From a virus: a DNA stretch of 39,787 nt. Position 1 is the stretch's first letter, and each line of letters begins with the position of its first letter. A program made the position numbers and the translations under genes. The stretch lies in IMG/VR virus record IMGVR_UViG_3300012944_000017, positions 1 to 39,787 of that record, one strand, 5' to 3'. This document shows positions 6,451 to 11,947 of the stretch, piece by piece. Under the pieces are notes generated by a model. It made no database searches and was not told the origin of the DNA. It saw nothing but the letters and a program-made list of their open reading frames with translations.

Positions 6451-6728
6451 GCGACTACGTCGCAATCGCGCGTGCCGCGGCCAAGGCGGCGAAGCGCGCC
6501 GAGCCCTCCCCGATGGAGCGGCTCCTCGAGAGCGCCGTCACTCATGGTGCTAGCGCCGTCACTCATGGTGCTGCGGAACCGGACAACCCACAGCACTGGC
6601 AAACGGTATCCAAGGCGGTACGCCTGGGGCTGCTCGATCTGGACCTGCGCCTTACGCAAGCCGGTCGCGCGGCCCTCGACAAGGAACATCAACGACGGGC
6701 GGTGACGCCGCCCCAGGAGGTCACTTGA
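6447..6728 (+). CDS. Early protein (93 aa) containing a perfect 7-aa duplication (SAVTHGA x2); C-terminus LTQAGRAAL resembles 5489-5683
   Basis: Track ORF with an ATGA overlap at its start. Confidence 0.55.
   Translation: MSDYVAIARAAAKAAKRAEPSPMERLLESAVTHGASAVTHGAAEPDNPQHWQTVSKAVRLGLLDLDLRLTQAGRAALDKEHQRRAVTPPQEVT
6531..6572 (+). repeat. Perfect 21-bp tandem duplication (agcgccgtcactcatggtgct x2), in frame
   Basis: Read directly: 6531-6551 is identical to 6552-6572. Confidence 0.95.
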
Positions 6729-6934
6729 GCGGAATCATTGGCAATGCAGCGCCGAGTCTCTCGGCGTTAGCCAAGCAGTGCGGTGAGTTGGTCGCGCGCC
6801 AGCTATTCAAGGCCCGCGGTAACCACAGTGAAGTGCACTTGAGCGAGCTGGAGCTGGCCCTGGTGGCCGCTACCGCGTGCCAGGTGGCGCTTAAAAGACG
6901 CGCCGACACCACTGCGCGCGCTGAGGTCGCATGA
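6725..6934 (+). CDS. Small early protein (69 aa), TTG start
   Basis: Track ORF. The TTG at 6725 overlaps the upstream stop (TTGA). The non-ATG start lowers confidence. Confidence 0.4.
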   Translation: MSGIIGNAAPSLSALAKQCGELVARQLFKARGNHSEVHLSELELALVAATACQVALKRRADTTARAEVA

Positions 6935-7212
6935 GCGCCGAGGAGGAGCTGCCCGCGGCCGCCCAGGATGAGTTGCTGCACGCCCTCTCGGACCTGCTGA
7001 CCGCGGCTCGGGCCATGAAGGCGAGCCAGGCGGAATGGGAGAAGCGGAGCGGTGAGATTGAGCAGTTAATGGTCAAGCACGGGCTTGCGAGCCCCAGGAG
7101 TCGGCGTTATGTTCGCGATCGGAAATCGAGTGCGGGTGATGGTGCATCACGCGGCTGGCCAGTGGACGGACCACGGGCCGGGCCTGGTGCTGGCGGTCTC
7201 ACAGGGGATTAA
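6931..7212 (+). CDS. Small acidic/helical early protein; true 3' end uncertain
   Basis: The N-terminal 55 aa look protein-like (MSAEEELPAAAQDELLHALSDLLTAARAMKASQAEWEKRSGEIEQLMVKHG). The last 40 or so aa are R/G/P-rich and overlap the next gene by 104 nt. Confidence 0.45.
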   Translation: MSAEEELPAAAQDELLHALSDLLTAARAMKASQAEWEKRSGEIEQLMVKHGLASPRSRRYVRDRKSSAGDGASRGWPVDGPRAGPGAGGLTGD

Positions 7213-7462
7213 CACCGTGTATACGGTTCGCTTGGACAGCGGCGGGGTGCCGCGCGTGTTTGGCGCCATGCACCTCTCGGCCCACATTGATCGGGAGCCC
7301 GAAGCGGGCACGATACTGGTGGACCCGAGCGCCTCCTACTGGCTGAAAAAGACGCTCCAGGAATGCCTCAAGCGCGACGTGTGTGACGCGGCCACGGATG
7401 CCGAACTCCTGGGGCGCATCCTGCGCCAGCGGGCCAACGATGCCCTCGGGCGGGTCGCATGA
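7109..7462 (+). CDS. Early protein (117 aa), possible small beta-barrel N-domain
   Basis: Track ORF 7085-7462 trimmed to the ATG at 7109, behind AGGAG. Begins MFAIGNRVRVMVHHAAGQWTDHGPGLVLAV. Confidence 0.5.
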   Translation: MFAIGNRVRVMVHHAAGQWTDHGPGLVLAVSQGINTVYTVRLDSGGVPRVFGAMHLSAHIDREPEAGTILVDPSASYWLKKTLQECLKRDVCDAATDAELLGRILRQRANDALGRVA

Positions 7463-7983
7463 GCAGAAAGCGAGGCCCGGTCACCCAGGAGTGGATACAC
7501 GAGCTGCCCTTCATGCAGCAGTCGGTCCTGATCCTGGCGATGCGTGGGCCCGACGGCGTGTCAAAGTACGGCGCGGCGAAGATGCTGCTGCGCTGGTATC
7601 GGCGCTGCGTCATTAAGGCCGCGTTCCTGGGCGAGGCACTGCGCGATCCCATTCAGCCCAGCGGCGGTTCCTTCGACGGCCCGAGTCTCGAGGGCGATGA
7701 CGAGCTGGACCCGTGGACCGAGCGCATGATGGTGCACGTCAATCAATACCTGCGCGAGCTCGATGGCATCCCGCACCACTTTCACATGCACCTGATGCAC
7801 GGGACCGAGATTCTCGGTTACAAGCACCCCGACGCGATCGTGCGTCACTGGTGGCATTGTCTGTACCTGCGCCTGGCCAATGATGCGCACCTGCACCCCG
7901 AGAGTGAAGCGGAGCTTGACGTGCGCTTGGGCGATTCTCGGGACGGCTGGCTGCACCGTGCAGACCCGGCCACCGTCGCGTGA
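7459..7983 (+). CDS. Early protein, unknown (174 aa), His/Trp-rich C-half
   Basis: Track ORF with an ATGA overlap at its start. No family recognised. Confidence 0.55.
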   Translation: MSRKRGPVTQEWIHELPFMQQSVLILAMRGPDGVSKYGAAKMLLRWYRRCVIKAAFLGEALRDPIQPSGGSFDGPSLEGDDELDPWTERMMVHVNQYLRELDGIPHHFHMHLMHGTEILGYKHPDAIVRHWWHCLYLRLANDAHLHPESEAELDVRLGDSRDGWLHRADPATVA

Positions 7984-8210
7984 GAAAAGCCCTTCCCCGC
8001 TGGCCCGTTGCCACCAGCTCGCATCCGCAGGATGCCAAGAGTCTGTGGGAGCTGCGGGCCGATTATTGGAGCGACTCGCAGCGTTTCGGGCGCGAGCTCT
8101 GCGGCATCCTCACCAGGTTGATGGCTCGCGGCGAGACCTTCACGGTAAGCAGGCCGCCTCACGGCGAGCCAATCTGGTCGCTCACCACGGTTCCGCGTTC
8201 CGAGCTATGA
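7980..8210 (+). CDS. Small early protein (76 aa), GTG start
   Basis: Track ORF with a GTGA overlap at its start and an ATGA overlap at its end. Confidence 0.4.
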   Translation: MRKALPRWPVATSSHPQDAKSLWELRADYWSDSQRFGRELCGILTRLMARGETFTVSRPPHGEPIWSLTTVPRSEL

Positions 8211-8677
8211 GCGCCATGGTGTGGAGCTGGCCTAAAGTGGCGTGCGCGCTGATGTGGCGCCTGGCCCCGCGGGGCACGAAGGTCACGCGCAAGGACTTGG
8301 GGGGCCTTCCGATGGATCGGGTGCTGGTCTACGACACGCACGGGGAGGAGATTGCCTTCTCCTGGATCAGCCTTCGGACCATGCGCCGGCGCGTCGCGGC
8401 CGGGGAAGTGAGCGGGCGGGTGGATGACAAGGTCGGGGTGCTTGAGCTCCAGGGCCGCTGGATGAAACTCGTCAGCGTGCTCCTGTGGAAGCTCGCCAAG
8501 GACGGGCTCACCCTCACGGCCAAAGACTTCGAGGCGGTGCCCGCCGATCAGCAGCTCCTCGCCCAGGGCACGGCCGATGCGATCGTGTACCGCTTCCTCC
8601 CACACGCGGAGGCGCGCGCGATCGCCCAGCGCGACTCCGAAAACGAGGGGCGCATCATCGTGGAGACCGGCCAGTGA
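8207..8677 (+). CDS. Early protein (156 aa) built from an internal duplication
   Basis: Track ORF 7880-8677 trimmed to the ATG at 8207. WPKVACALMWRLAPRGTKVTRKDLGGLPMD aligns with WMKLVSVLLWKLAKDGLTLTAKDFEAVPAD. Confidence 0.55.
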   Translation: MSAMVWSWPKVACALMWRLAPRGTKVTRKDLGGLPMDRVLVYDTHGEEIAFSWISLRTMRRRVAAGEVSGRVDDKVGVLELQGRWMKLVSVLLWKLAKDGLTLTAKDFEAVPADQQLLAQGTADAIVYRFLPHAEARAIAQRDSENEGRIIVETGQ

Positions 8678-9135
8678 ACTACGAACCTGGACAGCCAATG
8701 TACCCGTGCTCTTTCGCCGAATTAAATATGGGCAGGGAAACCTCCGAAGCCCACATTGAGCCGGTCGACATCGCCTCTTATGCGTGGCCACCTGGCGAGC
8801 GGCAGCGCTACACCGAGGCGGGCTGGGAGAAAGCAATTACCCTGGGCATCGCACGGATCACGAGAGAGCAGTTGCTCGCCGATCCCACGTTGTGCGAGCG
8901 GCTCGCTGGAATTGTCGTCGACCCTGAGCTCGCCAAGAAATATCCGATCGTCGGCGACGTCCGGCGCTATGGCGCGGTGTGCGAGGAGCCTACGAAAGGC
9001 GAGGACAATGGCGCGCCCGGCAGATTCAGCGCGCACGCGCCCTGGTGCGCGGCGCGCTTTAGAGCGAACTCGGAGGACAGCAACTGCGCGGCCAGGACCG
9101 GCCAGCGCACGGAGGGTTATGAACCTGCGCGATGA
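8674..9135 (+). CDS. Early protein, unknown (153 aa), GTG start (alternative ATG 8698)
   Basis: Track ORF 8485-9135 trimmed to the GTG at 8674, which overlaps the upstream stop (GTGA) with GGAG 8 nt upstream. Confidence 0.45.
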   Translation: MNYEPGQPMYPCSFAELNMGRETSEAHIEPVDIASYAWPPGERQRYTEAGWEKAITLGIARITREQLLADPTLCERLAGIVVDPELAKKYPIVGDVRRYGAVCEEPTKGEDNGAPGRFSAHAPWCAARFRANSEDSNCAARTGQRTEGYEPAR

Positions 9136-9421
9136 GGCCAAGCGGTTGGAGGCGCTGATGGACAAGGCGCTCGCCGAGTGGGCCGACAAGGGCAAGATCA
9201 TCGAGGGCGGCTGGCAGGCGTTCCTGGTGAGCGGTGGCGCCCGGCTCCCGGCCGATCAGCAGTACGACATGCGCCGCGGCTACTACATGGGCGCGCAGCA
9301 CCTGTATGCCAGCATCATCCGGATGCTCGATCCGGGGAGCGAGCCGACCGAGCGGGACCTGGAGCGCATGAGTAAAATCCACGACGAGCTCGAGGCGTAC
9401 CACCGCTCGCTCCTGCAATGA
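9119..9421 (+). CDS. Early protein, unknown (100 aa), helical
   Basis: Track ORF 8756-9421 trimmed to the ATG at 9119, behind GGAGGG. It is the last gene of the rightward block. Confidence 0.55.
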   Translation: MNLRDEAKRLEALMDKALAEWADKGKIIEGGWQAFLVSGGARLPADQQYDMRRGYYMGAQHLYASIIRMLDPGSEPTERDLERMSKIHDELEAYHRSLLQ

Positions 9422-9583
9422 AGGAACAGACTTGGACCCGCTGACTCAAGACATTTGGTTCATGCCAATTATGTCGACGGTGTGGCATTTGTGGCCAAAG
9501 GGAAGCCCCGAATCGAAATGCGGTTTGCCGTGGCGGTGCGCCTCGGAAGCGTGGGACTCACAGCTCGAGAGACCAGCCAATAG

Positions 9584-9601
9584 CCGCTGTCACGACTGTG
9601 A
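9584..9601. terminator. Short hairpin (ctgtcac-gact-gtgacag) in the convergent intergenic zone; weak bidirectional terminator candidate
   Basis: Inverted repeat read directly. It lies between the end of the rightward block (9421) and the end of the leftward unit (9607). There is no clear U-tract. Confidence 0.3.
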
Positions 9602-9606
9602 CAGTG

Positions 9607-10086
9607 CTACTTCGGCCGCGGGCACACCCTGAGCGCGTAGTCGCGCAGTTTCTCTATCGTGTCGTCGGCGGCGTGCGCACGCTGCACTTCTCGCTCGAAG
9701 TGGGCGTTAAGGTCGTCCGGCAAATATCCTGACGGGCCTGTGATTCGTATGAACCGGAGGGGGTCGACATCAGCGAGGGGTCCGGGGGTGGGGGCTGGTA
9801 CTGCGGGGCGGCAGTGGAATGGTTGGGCACCGTGCTGCATGCCGAGAGCAGCCACGGGAGCAATAGGGGCAGTAATCGCGTTCGCATGATCGGTGGCCTC
9901 CTGCTTGACAATCTCGCCGGCACGCCCTTCGGCCGCGGCGTTCTTGGTCCCTTCCGTCGTGACCGCCTTCGCATCGCTGGCCACGCACTTGGCCGCCCCG
10001 ACACTGCGCTCGTGTGAGGTCCAGTACCACGCCGCGCCCATCGCCAGCAGCACGGCCACCAGGATCGCCTCAAGTTTGGTCGTCAC
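9607..10086 (-). CDS. i-spanin (Rz-like), N-terminal TM anchor
   Basis: MTTKLEAILVAVLLAMGAAWYW forms the TM segment and is followed by a charged/helical periplasmic part. A lipoprotein ORF is embedded in the +1 frame. It is the last gene of the lysis cassette. Confidence 0.6.
   Translation of the reverse strand: MTTKLEAILVAVLLAMGAAWYWTSHERSVGAAKCVASDAKAVTTEGTKNAAAEGRAGEIVKQEATDHANAITAPIAPVAALGMQHGAQPFHCRPAVPAPTPGPLADVDPLRFIRITGPSGYLPDDLNAHFEREVQRAHAADDTIEKLRDYALRVCPRPK
9654..9887 (-). CDS. o-spanin (Rz1-like) lipoprotein fully embedded in the i-spanin gene
   Basis: MRTRLLPLLLPWLLSAC|STVPNHSTAAPQYQPPPPDP carries a signal sequence with the lipobox LSAC and has a Pro-rich mature part. The start is the internal ATG at 9887 of track ORF 9654-10073. 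Confidence 0.6.
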   Translation of the reverse strand: MRTRLLPLLLPWLLSACSTVPNHSTAAPQYQPPPPDPSLMSTPSGSYESQARQDICRTTLTPTSSEKCSVRTPPTTR

Positions 10087-10483
10087 GGCGCTCCTCGGTT
10101 TTTGGCACCGCCGCCCCGTTGGGTTTCACCGGCTCCTCTTTCGCCTTGCTCGGCGTCACCGATCTGAGCCACTCGAGGAAGTGATTGAAGATGCCGGTCT
10201 GGAATTTACGCTGCTGCTTGTCGGCCTTCTCCTCCCGGAGCCGGGCCGCATCGGTGTTGTCGCTGATCTGCACGCGGACGCCCTCGACGCCTTTGTCCAC
10301 GCTCTGCACCGCCTGCTCCACATCCCCGACCTTCTGGCCCACCACATCGATCTTACGGCCGGTCTCCTCGTGGTTGCGCTTTTGCCGATCGTGGGTGCGG
10401 ATATAGAGCGCGACGACCAGGACGGCCAAGGCCAGAGTGCACCCGCCAATCAGCCAGTCCACCGTGTGCAAATCCGGGCTCAT
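10070..10483 (-). CDS. Membrane-anchored coiled-coil protein (137 aa)
   Basis: Track ORF trimmed to the ATG at 10483 (ATGA overlap). WLIGGCTLALAVLVVALYI forms the TM segment and is followed by a charged helical region. Confidence 0.5.
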   Translation of the reverse strand: MSPDLHTVDWLIGGCTLALAVLVVALYIRTHDRQKRNHEETGRKIDVVGQKVGDVEQAVQSVDKGVEGVRVQISDNTDAARLREEKADKQQRKFQTGIFNHFLEWLRSVTPSKAKEEPVKPNGAAVPKTEERRDDQT

Positions 10484-10800
10484 GTCTTGAACACCAAACC
10501 GGCGAGAAAGAGGATCGCGGCCCACTGGCCGATGACCAGGAGTTTTAGGTTTCTAACCCGCTCCTCCAGCACCGGGAAGCGCAGCGCCACCTCCGCCTTG
10601 TGGAGCGCCACCAGGCGCGGGCGGGCGAGGCCCATCCAGGCCACCATCTGGTTGAGCAGTTCCTTGGACGGGCCGGCCGCGCTCAGGCTCTCCGCCTCGA
10701 GCTGCACCACCACTCCGGTGTAGGTGCGCGAGAGCTCGTCGTCGTCGTCGGATTCGGCGCTGCGCGCTCGGCCGAAGGCGGGGTTGCGATCGAACCCCAC
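10480..10800 (-). CDS. Protein with C-terminal TM segment (about 106 aa), GTG start
   Basis: This is the 3' third of track ORF 10480-11061. The GTG at 10800 follows the stop of the 62-aa gene. Contains an acidic DDDDE tract and ends LLVIGQWAAILFLAGLVFKT. Confidence 0.4.
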   Translation of the reverse strand: MGFDRNPAFGRARSAESDDDDELSRTYTGVVVQLEAESLSAAGPSKELLNQMVAWMGLARPRLVALHKAEVALRFPVLEERVRNLKLLVIGQWAAILFLAGLVFKT

Positions 10801-10802
10801 GT

Positions 10803-10991
10803 TTAAGCGTCCGGTAAGGTCTTGTGCACGCCGCTCGCGCTCTCGAGCTCTGTAAGGCGCTCCCCGTGCTGCTTGACCGCGCGGCGGTTGCGAATCGTCA
10901 TGATCAGACTCGTCACCTGGGTCACGATCAGCCCAATGAAGGCCCCGCAGGCGGTGATGATGCCGGCGACATCGCCGCTCTCGATTTTCAC
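10803..10991 (-). CDS. Holin-like single-TM protein (62 aa)
   Basis: VAGIITACGAFIGLIVTQVTSLIM forms the TM segment and is followed by a basic tail. The GTG start overlaps the stop of the 37-aa ORF (GTGA). It lies directly downstream of the endolysin. Confidence 0.5.
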   Translation of the reverse strand: MKIESGDVAGIITACGAFIGLIVTQVTSLIMTIRNRRAVKQHGERLTELESASGVHKTLPDA

Positions 10992-11101
10992 GGGGCCTTG
11001 CCCGCTCGCCGAGCCGCCCAGGCCAGCACGCGCGCCCGGAGCTTCGGCCAGGTGTAGGCACCGAGCGCGTAACCGATGAGACCTATCAAACCAGCGTTCA
11101 T
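10988..11101 (-). CDS. 37-aa membrane peptide (MNAGLIGLIGYALGAYTWPKLRARVLAWAARRAGKAP)
   Basis: My own translation; below the track cutoff. The ATG at 11101 lies 14 nt after the endolysin stop. Hydrophobic N-half and basic C-half. Confidence 0.4.
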   Translation of the reverse strand: MNAGLIGLIGYALGAYTWPKLRARVLAWAARRAGKAP

Positions 11102-11114
11102 AGGCGTGGCTCCT

Positions 11115-11564
11115 TCAAATGTGGGTGTAGGTCCAGTGCCCAGGGGTTCCGGTGCAGGTGAGGCAATCGCGGCGCGTGGGCTCGTCCGTATCGGCGATCG
11201 CCAGGTGCAGCCAGGCGTTGCACTCGATGATGAGCTGATCGAAGGGCAGGCTTGAAGCGCGCACCAGCGCGAAGGCGTCGTGCAGGTCCATGCCGATCGG
11301 GATGATGTCCGCTCCCCGCCCGTCCAGATGTGCGCTGTGGGGCGCTGTGGAGCCCACCAGGCGGTTCACCTCCGGGTTACGGAACCCACTGTCCACATGC
11401 AGGTGCACGCCCAGCAGCGTCCTGGCGGGCTCCAGGAGCGTCACGCACAGCCGGGTGAGGGCGCCGATCTGCGCCTCGTTGGGCGTGTTGATGATGCCGC
11501 GGCGCAATGCGATCTGGCTGAAGGTGAGTTCCTCGAGCGAGAAGTGCGGGGACAGCGGGGTCAT
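11115..11564 (-). CDS. Endolysin, peptidase M15 (L-alanyl-D-glutamate / D-Ala-D-Ala peptidase type)
   Basis: HFSLEELTFSQIALRRGIINTP...LLEPAR...VDSGFRNPEVNRLVGSTAPHSAHLDGRGADI matches the M15 pattern (HF.l.E......A...gi.N.P...LeP.R...SGyR....N..vGG...S.H..G.AaDi), which carries the zinc ligands H...D...H. Confidence 0.8.
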   Translation of the reverse strand: MTPLSPHFSLEELTFSQIALRRGIINTPNEAQIGALTRLCVTLLEPARTLLGVHLHVDSGFRNPEVNRLVGSTAPHSAHLDGRGADIIPIGMDLHDAFALVRASSLPFDQLIIECNAWLHLAIADTDEPTRRDCLTCTGTPGHWTYTHI

Positions 11565-11947
11565 TGGAGCCTCCCTCGGATGGCATGGGCCACGCCCGCC
11601 TCGATGCTGAGCTTTTCGACATCCTGCACGCCCATCTGCTTCAAGATGCTATCGAGCGCGGCATCCAGGCTCTTACCCTTGGCCAGGACCCCGAGCGAGC
11701 GGATGCGTACCTGGTGCTGGCGGAGCACCGCGTAGCGGAGCGAGACCTGGCGCAGCTCTTCCTTCAAGTTCTCAAAGAGCTGGCGCGATCGCTCCCGGTC
11801 CTTTTTCATTTCCTCGTACTGCGCGGCGTACTGCCCCTCCAGCCGAGCAATGATCTGCTCGGTGGTTTCATCGCGCGTCCTGATGATCGCGAGCGCTTTA
11901 CAAAGCTGGTCGCGCAAACACACCGGATCGTCGAGGTCAAGTTCCAT
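11561..11947 (-). CDS. Coiled-coil protein (128 aa), unknown role
   Basis: Track ORF 11561-12052 trimmed to the ATG at 11947, which overlaps the tailspike stop (ATGA). Heptad-like charged sequence. Confidence 0.5.
   Translation of the reverse strand: MELDLDDPVCLRDQLCKALAIIRTRDETTEQIIARLEGQYAAQYEEMKKDRERSRQLFENLKEELRQVSLRYAVLRQHQVRIRSLGVLAKGKSLDAALDSILKQMGVQDVEKLSIEAGVAHAIRGRLQ

Noticed and set aside
9432-9632. 66-aa plus-strand ORF in the convergence zone
   Set aside because: It has a TTG start and no SD. It is Trp/Cys/Pro-rich, runs into the 3' end of the i-spanin gene and lies in the only region where both units should terminate.
10480-11061. 193-aa minus-strand ORF spanning the holin region
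   Set aside because: Its 5' two-thirds overlap the better-supported 62-aa and 37-aa membrane ORFs in another frame and are Arg/Pro/Gly-rich. Only the 3' part from the GTG at 10800 is kept.
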